DNA from: a virus
IMG/VR virus record: IMGVR_UViG_3300047323_000675
Reading direction: 5' to 3' (one strand)
Length of the DNA: 64,000 bases
This document shows positions 19,637-29,392 of this stretch, piece by piece. The notes below the pieces were generated by a model that saw only the letters and a program-made list of their open reading frames with translations, had not been told where the DNA came from and did not search any database. The position numbers and the translations under genes were made by a program. Position 1 is the stretch's first letter. Every line of letters starts with the position of its first letter.

Positions 19637-19758
19637 AGCAGGGTAGAGTTTCTCCTGATATTGCTACTAGTTTATATTTATTTAAAATATATAAATCACC
19701 CATAGCAACAGCAAAAATGTTAAGGCTTGGATTAAAGTTTGTAATAATTAAATCTTAG
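19637..19758 (+). pseudogene. XRE-family HTH regulator, 3' part
   Basis: Translates (E)QGRVSPDIATSLYLFKIYKSPIATAKMLRLGLKFVIIKS*, a typical WEQGRxxP continuation. Confidence 0.85.
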
Positions 19759-20224
19759 GACTTTTAGTTTTATTAGTGCCAATACTTAGATTATTTTCCA
19801 AATCTTTGATCAATGCTTGTTTTTCAAATAATTCATTTACAAAAGGATGGTGGTATCTATTTAAATAATCTGTAATATCTTGATTTTTTTCCATCCTATA
19901 ATCCAATATGAGATATTCTAAAATATCATTGTTTGAATACATGCATGCTGCTTTAAATGGTGTTGACTGATTCTGGTAAATATTAGAATGTTCATTTAAT
20001 TCAGGTGAAGTTAATAGATATTTAACTATATTTAAATGATTTTTCTTCAGCGCTAAAGTTAATCCATTATCACTTTCAGTATGAATGTTAGCATGCATAC
20101 TTAAGTCAGGTGAAATTAATAAATATTTTATTTTTTGAAATTCACCATGTAAGCATGCCCATACAAAGAAATCATCTAATGTATCTTGAGGCTCATCCTT
20201 AAATTCATCATAAAAATTATTCAT
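19748..20224 (-). CDS. ankyrin-repeat protein
   Basis: ACLHGEFQKIKYLLISPDL; ends KSPKI. Confidence 0.88.
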   Translation of the reverse strand: MNNFYDEFKDEPQDTLDDFFVWACLHGEFQKIKYLLISPDLSMHANIHTESDNGLTLALKKNHLNIVKYLLTSPELNEHSNIYQNQSTPFKAACMYSNNDILEYLILDYRMEKNQDITDYLNRYHHPFVNELFEKQALIKDLENNLSIGTNKTKSPKI

Positions 20225-20892
20225 AATTTAGCTTTCTTTTGGGAAGATTCTTGAATGTTAAGTTCGTTATTTAATGATTGTGTTAACTCTTTAGTTTCTA
20301 ACATTTTCTTTACTTCTTCAGGAATTCTATCAGAGAAGACCTCTCTAATAATAGGACATAAGTCTCTTGATTCATTAAAAATAAAACATTTAATTATTTT
20401 CAAAAAATGTTGTCCAAAATTCAGACTATTAAGTGTATCACGAATACTATCTGAATTTAATGCTTCTGATTTTAATAAATATTCAATAACTTCTAATTTT
20501 TCACCGTCACAAGCATTTTTTAATGGACAATCATAAGTATTCCTAGCATTTATATCAGCATGTTCTTTAAGTTTAGGAGATGTCAAAAGATATTCGACAA
20601 CATCTAATTGTCCCTGATAGCAAGCAAAGATAAGAGGTTGATTTTCTCTAAAATGTATATCGGCTTTTTCTTTTAATTCAGTAGAGGTTAATAAATAATC
20701 TATAATCTCCAAATGGCCATACCAGCAAGCTTCAGTTAATGCAGTATTATTGTCATTGCTATAATTAATAGAGGCATGTGTCTCAAGTTCAGGTGAAGTC
20801 AATAAATACTTAACTTGTGTTAAATCACCTTTTTTACATGCACTCATTAATTTGTAATGTAATTCATCTTCTTCGCTATTTAAGTAATTCAT
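20221..20892 (-). CDS. ankyrin-repeat protein
   Basis: ALTEACWYGHLEIIDYLL, PLIFACYQGQLDVVEYLL; ends KKAKL. Confidence 0.92.
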   Translation of the reverse strand: MNYLNSEEDELHYKLMSACKKGDLTQVKYLLTSPELETHASINYSNDNNTALTEACWYGHLEIIDYLLTSTELKEKADIHFRENQPLIFACYQGQLDVVEYLLTSPKLKEHADINARNTYDCPLKNACDGEKLEVIEYLLKSEALNSDSIRDTLNSLNFGQHFLKIIKCFIFNESRDLCPIIREVFSDRIPEEVKKMLETKELTQSLNNELNIQESSQKKAKL

Positions 20893-21677
20893 AGTTTATT
20901 CTTCTTTATTATATTTAATTTTTCAGTTTTTAATTCAGCAGTTAAATCACAATTTAACTCTCTAATTTCGAACATTTTTTGAACTTTAATTTTGTTTTCA
21001 AGACAAAGTGTGTCTTCCTCTAAATATTCCTTAATGCTTGAACTATACGGTATATTTAAATCAAATATAAAATATTGCATTACAGTTAAATCTTCTGACT
21101 CATATCCTAAGCTAGCATAACAATTTAAAAAAGCTCTATCATCAGTTATATCAATATTATTTTTAAAATTTTTTCTTAAAAAGTCTATAATATCAACATT
21201 ACAACCAAAACAAGCATCATGATATAAATCATTATCAACTTTTATCTTATCTTTCCATTTAGAATTAATTAAATAATTGAAGGTATCATAATCACCTTCA
21301 CGACAAGAAAAACCTATTAAATTTTTCAAATGTTGATTTTCATCATTAACAATGATTGGTAAAAGAAATTCTAACCATTCCCAATCTTTATTATTTTTTG
21401 CAAAATTTAAAATTCCATAAGAATAAGGCTTAACATCTATATGTTCTTTGAGATCTGGAGAACAAGAGAGATATTTAATAATATCAACATGTCCGTTATG
21501 GAAGGCTAATTTAAAGCAAGCAGTATCATCATAATATATATTCGCATTGTATGGCAGTGATGATGAATTTAAAAGATACTGAACTTTAGCAAAATCACCA
21601 TCAGCACATGCAGAAACAAAAGTTTCATTTATATCATGCTCAGAATATGAATTGAATTCTTCATAGGAAATATTCAT
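20889..21677 (-). CDS. ankyrin-repeat protein, PY[AS]I subfamily
   Basis: AFHNGHVDIIKYL; PYSYGIL motif related to 14499..16051; ends KKNKL. Confidence 0.88.
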   Translation of the reverse strand: MNISYEEFNSYSEHDINETFVSACADGDFAKVQYLLNSSSLPYNANIYYDDTACFKLAFHNGHVDIIKYLSCSPDLKEHIDVKPYSYGILNFAKNNKDWEWLEFLLPIIVNDENQHLKNLIGFSCREGDYDTFNYLINSKWKDKIKVDNDLYHDACFGCNVDIIDFLRKNFKNNIDITDDRAFLNCYASLGYESEDLTVMQYFIFDLNIPYSSSIKEYLEEDTLCLENKIKVQKMFEIRELNCDLTAELKTEKLNIIKKNKL

Positions 21678-22168
21678 AATTTATTTTTTCTTTCTTTGCA
21701 TGTATTAACAGATGATAAATCATGAGTAAGTTCCTCATTTAAATCTCTTATTGAAAACATTTTTGAAATTTCTTTATAGAAAGGATTGTAATAGTTTTGA
21801 TGAAGATATAAATCCATTGAATTATTTTTGGGTATTTTCACTTCATAAATTAAAAAATTAATTATACTATTATCTCTATAAAAATATGCTTTGTTAATAG
21901 CTATTTCAGCAGTAATATTTTCTTTAATATCTTCTGATGATAATAAATAATTAACCAACTCTTTATCTTTTATTTTACATGCAAAATAAATACCTAAATC
22001 ATTGCTAGTATGGATATTGGCATGATTTTTAAGTTCAGGAGAAGCCAAAAGAAACTTAACAACATTCAAATCTCCTCTTGAACAAGCCTCAGTGAAATAA
22101 TGATCTAGAGCATTCTGATCTGCTTGAATAAGTTTTTCATAAAGATAATCATCAATACCATGTTTCAT
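21674..22168 (-). CDS. ankyrin-repeat protein (short)
   Basis: ACSRGDLNVVKFLLASPEL; ends RKNKL. Confidence 0.87.
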   Translation of the reverse strand: MKHGIDDYLYEKLIQADQNALDHYFTEACSRGDLNVVKFLLASPELKNHANIHTSNDLGIYFACKIKDKELVNYLLSSEDIKENITAEIAINKAYFYRDNSIINFLIYEVKIPKNNSMDLYLHQNYYNPFYKEISKMFSIRDLNEELTHDLSSVNTCKERKNKL

Positions 22169-22863
22169 ATTTTATTTTTTTTAGTAATGTTTTTATTAAT
22201 TTTTAATTTTTTATTTAAATCCTTATTTAATTTTTGAATTTTAAATAGTTGATTAACTTCTTTAATTATAGGATTATTTTTTCTTTGTTTCAATTCTTCT
22301 TTTATATAAGAGCTTTTTTCAACATTTAAATCAAAAATCAAGTATTTAATCATATCTAAATGTTCATGTTGAAATGCTAGTCTAAAAGCAAAATCCTCTT
22401 GAGCATGAATATTAGGATGCTCTTTTAATTCAGGTGAATGCATTAGATATTGAACTACATCAATATGTCCATGACAACATGCAAGAATAAAACCATAATC
22501 ATTTTGTGCATGAATGTTAGCATGTTTTTTTAATTTTTTAGATGTTAAAAAATATTCAACTAAATTTAAACGACCACTATTGCATACATCAACAAATGCT
22601 TGATCATCTTTTGCATGTATATCTATATGCTCTTTTAATTCAGGTGAAGTTGATAGGTATTCTATAATAGTTAAGTTTCCATTATGGCATGCTGCACGAA
22701 GAGCATATCCTTCTCTAGTATTAATATTTGCATGTATGTTTAGCTCAGAAGAAGTTAATAAATATCTTATTTCATCTAAATTACTACATTGGCAAGCTTC
22801 AATAAAGCTAGTATTAATTTCTTTTTGTGATAAATCTTTAAATTTTTCGTATAAGGAATGCAT
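22165..22863 (-). CDS. ankyrin-repeat protein
   Basis: ALRAACHNGNLTIIEYL, ACCHGHIDVVQYL; ends KKNKI. Confidence 0.92.
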   Translation of the reverse strand: MHSLYEKFKDLSQKEINTSFIEACQCSNLDEIRYLLTSSELNIHANINTREGYALRAACHNGNLTIIEYLSTSPELKEHIDIHAKDDQAFVDVCNSGRLNLVEYFLTSKKLKKHANIHAQNDYGFILACCHGHIDVVQYLMHSPELKEHPNIHAQEDFAFRLAFQHEHLDMIKYLIFDLNVEKSSYIKEELKQRKNNPIIKEVNQLFKIQKLNKDLNKKLKINKNITKKNKI

Positions 22864-22869
22864 TACGGT

Positions 22870-23589
22870 TTATAGTTTACATTGTTTTTTATTAGAAGGT
22901 GTTAAGATTAACTCCTTGTTTAACTCTCTATTTAAATCTCTCATATCGAAGAATTTATTTATTTGAATTGCCAAATCATCTTTTACATCTAAGTATTGAG
23001 TGATCAATTTAGTTTTTTCTAAATTTAATTCAAATATTAGATAATTTAAAATTTCCATACTTCCAGGCTCATTAGTATATGCATTTTGTAGAGCTAATCT
23101 AAAACCTAAATCATGCTTTGAATGAGGATTAATATGTTTATTCAACTCTGGTGAAGCTGTTAAATATTTAACTAATTCTAAATTTCCCTTATTGCAAGCA
23201 ATAATAAAACCTTGCCCATCATCAACATTAATATCAGCATGCCTTGTTAACTCTTTTGAAGTTAATAAATATTTTACTAATTCTAATCCTTTTTTACCTG
23301 GTATCATACAAGCACCAAGAAATCCTTCATCAATATTGTTATTGATTACTATATGTTCTTTTAATTCAGGTGAGTTAATTAAATACTTAACTATATTTAA
23401 ATCCCCACCTTCACAAGCAAGTTGTAATGCATGGCCATTTTCAGTGTTTATTTCTGCATTAGTTTTTAGTTCTTTGGAAGTTAATAAATAACGAACAACT
23501 TCCATATGTCTATATTGGCAAGCATTAAGAAATTTTTGATTTAACCCTGAGAGCCATAAATCCTTAAAGTCATTGTAAAAAGGGTGCAT
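22870..23589 (-). CDS. ankyrin-repeat protein
   Basis: ALQLACEGGDLNIVKYL, ACNKGNLELVKYL; ends KQCKL. Confidence 0.92.
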   Translation of the reverse strand: MHPFYNDFKDLWLSGLNQKFLNACQYRHMEVVRYLLTSKELKTNAEINTENGHALQLACEGGDLNIVKYLINSPELKEHIVINNNIDEGFLGACMIPGKKGLELVKYLLTSKELTRHADINVDDGQGFIIACNKGNLELVKYLTASPELNKHINPHSKHDLGFRLALQNAYTNEPGSMEILNYLIFELNLEKTKLITQYLDVKDDLAIQINKFFDMRDLNRELNKELILTPSNKKQCKL

Positions 23590-23603
23590 AATTATTTTCG
23601 TTA

Positions 23604-24167
23604 TTATATTTTATTTTTTGGTTTATCTATAGAATTAATAGGTAATTCTTTTTTAAGAGAATTATTTAATAGGTAACTTTGAAGTTTTTTATAATATTGC
23701 TGATAATCTTCCAATAAATAAACTGCGTTTCCATTATTACTCATATTTATTTCATTTATGACTTCTTTTATATTATCTTGTAATTGATAATCTCTGAATT
23801 CAAAAATCTTTTTATTTTTATAAAGAATATCAAGCCCAATATTCATTAAATCATTAAATACCTTTTCTTTTTCTTGAATAATACTAAGATTATAAACATG
23901 ATATATTGTGTTTTGAAAGAAGCGTTCGCTAAATCCATTAGCAATGTTAAAAAACTTAAGATATCCTTCTCCATTGTTTTCAATAGTTTGATCTATCAAA
24001 GATGCTGCAACTAAATAACTAAGATAATCTTTACTATTACTACCTAATGATGTATTAAATTCTGTAAATTTTTTATTAATACATTGATATATAAATATAC
24101 TTTCAACTTTTTTAAAATCATCTTTGGTAAGATAATCTTGAAATTCAAATAGTTCAAATGCTTTCAT
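23604..24167 (-). CDS. hypothetical protein (non-ankyrin) carrying the family C-terminal module
   Basis: No ACxxG repeats; ends YLLNNSLKKELPINSIDKPKNKI. Confidence 0.8.
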   Translation of the reverse strand: MKAFELFEFQDYLTKDDFKKVESIFIYQCINKKFTEFNTSLGSNSKDYLSYLVAASLIDQTIENNGEGYLKFFNIANGFSERFFQNTIYHVYNLSIIQEKEKVFNDLMNIGLDILYKNKKIFEFRDYQLQDNIKEVINEINMSNNGNAVYLLEDYQQYYKKLQSYLLNNSLKKELPINSIDKPKNKI

Positions 24168-25651
24168 ATTTTTAACCTTTTTGTATTGTTAGATGTATTA
24201 TGTCCTAAATCATTATTTAATTCGGCATATTCTAATGCTTTCTCCATTTTTAAAACACTTTGTTGTTGCTCTGGACTTAAGTAATTATTATATATAGAAT
24301 CAGTTTTTATTAATTTAATAAGTATTTCACCTGGCATAATTTTTTTATTATTTGGACTAATTAGCACTTCAATATCATTATTAACTAAGAATTGAGCAAT
24401 ATTAAACATTGCCTTACCATTACTACTATTATTTTGTGTTTTAATAATTTTTTCAAAGAAATTTGCTAAATAATGTGCGAAATTATTTCCTTCTTCGTCT
24501 TTAATTTGCCAATCAATATATTTTTTTTCTGACAGCTTTATTATTGTACTTTCTATTTCAGTTGTTTTACCTAAGCAAAATAAAGAGCAAACTGAAGAAT
24601 ATATTTTCAGATTATTTAACTCCTTATTTGTTTGATACCATTGATTAAGTATTGATGTATTATAATGAAATTTTTTTATAGCATTATTTTCTAAAAAAAC
24701 TTCAGAATTAGTTGAGTTTTTCATATCTCTATATACTTCATCTTTAATCTCTGAAACACTCCAAGAGTCACGAGCAGTCATAACAATATTCTGTTCTGTG
24801 ATTGGTTTAGCATTATAGTAAAGCTCAAAATCCTTCCAATTATTATTATGAAGGCAATAAGCCATCATTAATTCTTGAAAATTTTTGGAAATGGAATCAT
24901 TTTGAATATTTCTAACTAAAAAATCATTTAAAGTGCTATGTAATAAAGTGTCTGTTCCAAGTTCTTTACTAAATCTATCAAAAAAATTTAAATTTTTATT
25001 ATCATTAATTTTTAGATTAACTCTAGAAAAAAATGATAATAAGAAATTTTTAACTAATTTTTTTTCTTCTATTTTTTCTAGATATATTTTAGCAAACTCG
25101 TTAGATTTATTTGAATATATGGAATCAAAAATTGGCATATTATTTACCATATATAACGGATTATCTAATTTATCTAACAGTTTTTTTGCCAAATTTACTC
25201 TGCCTTTAATTCCAAAACGAGCAGCACAATGTTCTATTTGTTCTTTATCATTCAATAAATCCGTAGTTGTTTTTCCTGGGAAAAATTTTGCACATATCTC
25301 ATTCATTGTATTCAATATTTGATTATTTTTTATGTAATAAAACGCACACTGTACACCCATAGATGGTATTTCTGGTTTTATAAATAACCTTTCAAAATAA
25401 TAACTTGCTGAACGAGTGTTATCAAAAAATTCCTTAAAGCAAGCGGAAGCACCATATTCTATACAAGCTTTTAATGTGCAATCTAATTGAATATGAGGAT
25501 ATCTATCTAAATAAGCTTTAAAGGCATCTGGTTTATCATAAAAGAAAATTAAATCTAATGACTTAGGTATATAGGATAAATATTTATGTTCAGATGGAAC
25601 TGTTAATCCCAATTTTTGAGTGAATTGTTTTTCTTCAAAAGACATGTACAT
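24164..25651 (-). CDS. 495-aa helical hypothetical protein carrying the family C-terminal module
   Basis: No 35-aa repeats (only a weak ankyrin-like DEEGNNFAHYLA); ends YAELNNDLGHNTSNNTKRLKI. Confidence 0.8.
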   Translation of the reverse strand: MYMSFEEKQFTQKLGLTVPSEHKYLSYIPKSLDLIFFYDKPDAFKAYLDRYPHIQLDCTLKACIEYGASACFKEFFDNTRSASYYFERLFIKPEIPSMGVQCAFYYIKNNQILNTMNEICAKFFPGKTTTDLLNDKEQIEHCAARFGIKGRVNLAKKLLDKLDNPLYMVNNMPIFDSIYSNKSNEFAKIYLEKIEEKKLVKNFLLSFFSRVNLKINDNKNLNFFDRFSKELGTDTLLHSTLNDFLVRNIQNDSISKNFQELMMAYCLHNNNWKDFELYYNAKPITEQNIVMTARDSWSVSEIKDEVYRDMKNSTNSEVFLENNAIKKFHYNTSILNQWYQTNKELNNLKIYSSVCSLFCLGKTTEIESTIIKLSEKKYIDWQIKDEEGNNFAHYLANFFEKIIKTQNNSSNGKAMFNIAQFLVNNDIEVLISPNNKKIMPGEILIKLIKTDSIYNNYLSPEQQQSVLKMEKALEYAELNNDLGHNTSNNTKRLKI

Positions 25652-25718
25652 ATTAAATCTACCTATTAATTTATAATTAAATTATAGTAGATTATTTCAA
25701 AGAATCAAAACTAGAAAA

Positions 25719-26384
25719 TTAAATTTTAAGTTTATTATTTTTATTTATAGAATGATTTTTTATTAGTTCGTTATTAAGATCACGAGTAATAAATATATTT
25801 GATATTGATGATAATCCATTTTCATCAAGAAAGTTAGTTATTTTCTTGTTCTTTTTAATACTTAATTCAAAAATCATATATTCTACTATATCAAAATTTT
25901 TGTATTTGCAGGCATCCATAAATGCTTGTGTTAGTTTATTTTGTTTTTTGATATCATCAGATGAAAGGAAAAACATTATAATCTCTTTATGATTATATTC
26001 ACAAGCAGCTTCAAAACACGAATTTAATCCAACACTAATAAAAGCATGTTCTTTTAAATCAGGAGAAGTTAATAAGTACTTCACAACATCAACATATCCC
26101 ATTTTAGAAGCCCAATATAACCCACAATCCATTCTTGCATGAATATCCGCATGCTCTTTTAAATCAGGAGAAGTTAATAAATAACTAATAATTTTTAGGT
26201 TCCCATTTCCGCATGCATTGATAAATCCAGCATAATCATTATATGAAATATTAGCATGTTCTGTTAATTCAGGAGAAGTTAATAGATATTTAATTTTTTC
26301 AAAGTCATCTACACGAGTTGCGTTTACAAACGCATGGTTTACATCTATTTTTAATATTTCTAAATTAGGCCAATATGATGTCAT
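25719..26384 (-). CDS. ankyrin-repeat protein
   Basis: YLLTSPDLKEHA twice, GLYWASKMGYVDVVKYLL; ends NKLKI. Confidence 0.92.
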   Translation of the reverse strand: MTSYWPNLEILKIDVNHAFVNATRVDDFEKIKYLLTSPELTEHANISYNDYAGFINACGNGNLKIISYLLTSPDLKEHADIHARMDCGLYWASKMGYVDVVKYLLTSPDLKEHAFISVGLNSCFEAACEYNHKEIIMFFLSSDDIKKQNKLTQAFMDACKYKNFDIVEYMIFELSIKKNKKITNFLDENGLSSISNIFITRDLNNELIKNHSINKNNKLKI

Positions 26385-26387
26385 AAA

Positions 26388-27938
26388 TTAAATCTTTATT
26401 TTTGCTTTTTTATTAAATTCATTATCGGTAGAAAAACTATATTCTACTAAATTATGTAATGTTTGCTTATATAAAATTTTCTGACTACGAGTTAACTTAG
26501 GGAAAAATATTCCATATGTTTTATTTTTTAATGTAGTTGCTCTATTAATACTTTGGACATGTCTAGCAAGTATTTCAGGAGTTTCAGTCCAATATCCCAG
26601 ATTAATATTTTTTTCATTAGCATGTTTAATTATTGTTTTCATATAAGGCGAAGTTCCAAAAAAGCCTCTACTTCCTTTAAATGGATTATTTAAATTACAG
26701 AAATTATTTTCTTCCAACCATTCTTTTAAAATTTTGCTAATTTTTTCTTTTGCTAAATTTTTATTATTTTGTATAGACTGAAGTTGTTCCTCATTTAACT
26801 TTAATGAAGAAATAAGACTCTTGAGTATATTGCTTGTTGGGGAAAAAAATGATTCCATATTAGCATTGATCATAGTAATGCCAGTTAACGCATAATATTT
26901 AAAATGATCTTTGATACTAGATACTAATTTTTCTTTTTTTTCAGAATCAAGATTATCTAGTTTAGATTTCAAATCACCTAATAATGAGGATAAAATTATC
27001 TCAGTAGAAGAATCAAAAAATAAAGATGATTTAGCTTCATAATTTTGAGAGATTTCTATTATTGACTCATCACTAACCATTTTAACTATAGTTTCTTGAA
27101 AATTATTTAAAAATTTATTGTTAAGTTTATTAATGTTAATATTATCTTTAAATAAATCCATTAATACAAAGCTAGATAAATAACCGTTTTCAAATGCTAA
27201 ATTTCTTTCTTTTGATGGCACAGAATACAATTTATTAAATGCAAGATGATCAAAAATATGTGTATATTCATGAATGAGTGACTCTAAAAACCAATATGGC
27301 TTATTAGGCTTTACTGTAAGAGTAAAATAACCATCATCATTATCTAGGCATGCTCCTTGTGACTCATTTGGAGTAAGCAAAGATGTACAATGTAGAGTCA
27401 ACTTACCATTTAAATTAATTTTTTCTTTTGATAGATTGAAATCTTTCATAAATTTAGTTAAAGATTTTCTTGTAAGTTTCGCCCAATAACTTACCTTATC
27501 CCAATTATCTGTTTTATGGATAATTATTGTTTGAAGATTAAAATCGTTTTTTAATTTATCAACTAAATTTATTGCGATATTTTTATCGCCTTTTAAAGAA
27601 ATAGGCTCATAATTTTTTATAGGGTTTTTCAATATTTTTTCTATTTCTATTTTAAGTACATTCATAATATTATTGTTTATAATATCCAATGTTCTTAAGT
27701 TATCAGAGACTTTCTGATTTTCTTCCTGAATATATATTTTTACATTTTTTCTAGTTTTTGATATACTCTTTTTAATTATCTTTAGATCCTCAATATTTTC
27801 TAAATTATCTAAGTTTGATTTCCATAAAGAAATTATTTCTTTGAAAAATAAATTGCAATTTGGAGAGCCAGAAATATAAATATCAAAAAAATCATCAATG
27901 AATGATTTTAAATAATTAATTTTTTCTTGAGTTATCAT
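26388..27938 (-). CDS. zincin-like metallopeptidase, LPD1 (large polyvalent protein domain 1)-like, with basic tail
   Basis: INLNGKLTL, LIHEYTHIFDH (HExxH) and YWTETPEILAR resemble LPD1 motifs (recognised from memory, no search run); ends KAKIKI. Confidence 0.65.
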   Translation of the reverse strand: MITQEKINYLKSFIDDFFDIYISGSPNCNLFFKEIISLWKSNLDNLENIEDLKIIKKSISKTRKNVKIYIQEENQKVSDNLRTLDIINNNIMNVLKIEIEKILKNPIKNYEPISLKGDKNIAINLVDKLKNDFNLQTIIIHKTDNWDKVSYWAKLTRKSLTKFMKDFNLSKEKINLNGKLTLHCTSLLTPNESQGACLDNDDGYFTLTVKPNKPYWFLESLIHEYTHIFDHLAFNKLYSVPSKERNLAFENGYLSSFVLMDLFKDNININKLNNKFLNNFQETIVKMVSDESIIEISQNYEAKSSLFFDSSTEIILSSLLGDLKSKLDNLDSEKKEKLVSSIKDHFKYYALTGITMINANMESFFSPTSNILKSLISSLKLNEEQLQSIQNNKNLAKEKISKILKEWLEENNFCNLNNPFKGSRGFFGTSPYMKTIIKHANEKNINLGYWTETPEILARHVQSINRATTLKNKTYGIFFPKLTRSQKILYKQTLHNLVEYSFSTDNEFNKKAKIKI

Positions 27939-28534
27939 AATTTAATTTTAGAAGGCTTATTAATTATCTTATCACAAATTAATTCTTTTTCTAGAGATTT
28001 TTTTATTTCTCTCTTATCAAACAATCCTTCAATATAATTTTTAAAATCATTATTAGAATACTGCTTTAAATATTCTGTAATATATCCGCTTCTTTCAATA
28101 TTCAATTCAAAAATTAGATATTCTAGAACAGAATTTTGTTTATTAGCTAAAGCATTACTAAATCCATACTCTATGGCTTCATTTAAACTAACATTATTTC
28201 TATATTTTTGATTAGATAATAAATATTTTGCAATTTGTAATTGTCCTTGATGGCAAGCATAACAAAATGCAGCCCCATTATTAGTTTTTATATCAATATC
28301 AGGATCTTCTAGTAAATATTTAACAACATCCAAATGCCCTTCTTTAGCAGCAAATATTAACGGATATGAATAGGTATTCATGTATTTAACATTGATATCT
28401 GCATGAAGAAATATTTCAGGTGATGTAAGTAAATATTTTACTTTATCTAAATGACCATATTTACAAGCAAGTAAAAAACTTTTATCTATTTCTTCTTGTT
28501 CTAATTCTTTATATTCTTCGTATAATGCATTCAT
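27935..28534 (-). CDS. ankyrin-repeat protein
   Basis: PLIFAAKEGHLDVVKYLL; ends SKIKL. Confidence 0.92.
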   Translation of the reverse strand: MNALYEEYKELEQEEIDKSFLLACKYGHLDKVKYLLTSPEIFLHADINVKYMNTYSYPLIFAAKEGHLDVVKYLLEDPDIDIKTNNGAAFCYACHQGQLQIAKYLLSNQKYRNNVSLNEAIEYGFSNALANKQNSVLEYLIFELNIERSGYITEYLKQYSNNDFKNYIEGLFDKREIKKSLEKELICDKIINKPSKIKL

Positions 28535-28536
28535 AA

Positions 28537-29022
28537 TTACAATTTATGCTTTTTTCCTATATTTAAATTTTCTTTAAGTTCCAAACTTATTTCTTTTTTT
28601 AATTCTCGTTGTTGGAAAAAATATTCAGCTTTTTCAATAAACTCAACACAATCGAAACTTTTAGCCTCTTTATATGCCTTTTTATACCATGATAAATGTT
28701 CAGTAATTTTTTCTGTTTGTTGAATATTTAAATCAAAAATTAAATAAGTTAAAACTGATATATCTCGCCAAATACATAATATTCTAAAGGCTTCATCTTT
28801 ATGACTATGAATATCTGCATGATCTTTTAAATCTGAAGAGGATAAAATAAATTTAATTTTGTCAAAATCATTCTCATTCATTGCATCTATAAATGCTTCA
28901 TTTAACTCATCTTTAGTTAAATATTGACAGTGCTCACAATAATTATCAAATTCACTCATTTTATAGTTTTGCTTTCTTAATTTTACTTTTATCTTCCGTA
29001 GAAAGAGTGATTCCAAGTTCAT
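28537..29022 (-). CDS. ankyrin-family protein (real start probably ATG at 28959)
   Basis: HADIHSHKDEAFRILC; tandem paralog of 28961..29392; ends KKHKL. Confidence 0.82.
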   Translation of the reverse strand: MNLESLFLRKIKVKLRKQNYKMSEFDNYCEHCQYLTKDELNEAFIDAMNENDFDKIKFILSSSDLKDHADIHSHKDEAFRILCIWRDISVLTYLIFDLNIQQTEKITEHLSWYKKAYKEAKSFDCVEFIEKAEYFFQQRELKKEISLELKENLNIGKKHKL

Positions 29023-29392
29023 CTTTTAATAATCTTTTTTCTAATGCTTGATTAACTTGATCAATAAAGAAGACCTTTTTTTCTTCGCCATAATGTTTGT
29101 ACCAACCTCTAGCAGTTTCTAGATGCTCAACAATAAATTCAGTTCTTTCTATATTCATATCAAATATAAAGAAATTTAAAATCTCCATATTTCTTTTCCT
29201 GCATAAGATTCTAAAAGCTTCATCTTCATCATAATGAATATCAACATAATCCTGTAAGTATGGCGAAGTTAAAAGTAATTTTACATCCTCAATTCTTTCT
29301 TCTTCTACAGCTTTAAGAAATTCTCTATTTAATTGCTCAGGAGTTAATCCCTTACAATAACTTTTGAATAATTTCGGCATTTGTTTAACCAT
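28961..29392 (-). CDS. ankyrin-family protein (short)
   Basis: LLLTSPYLQDYVDIHYDEDEAFRILC; ends KKAKL. Confidence 0.82.
   Translation of the reverse strand: MVKQMPKLFKSYCKGLTPEQLNREFLKAVEEERIEDVKLLLTSPYLQDYVDIHYDEDEAFRILCRKRNMEILNFFIFDMNIERTEFIVEHLETARGWYKHYGEEKKVFFIDQVNQALEKRLLKDELGITLSTEDKSKIKKAKL

Noticed and set aside
17583-19758. Toxin-antitoxin pair around the HigA/MqsA-like HTH
   Set aside because: No toxin-like ORF upstream or downstream; both neighbours are ankyrin genes
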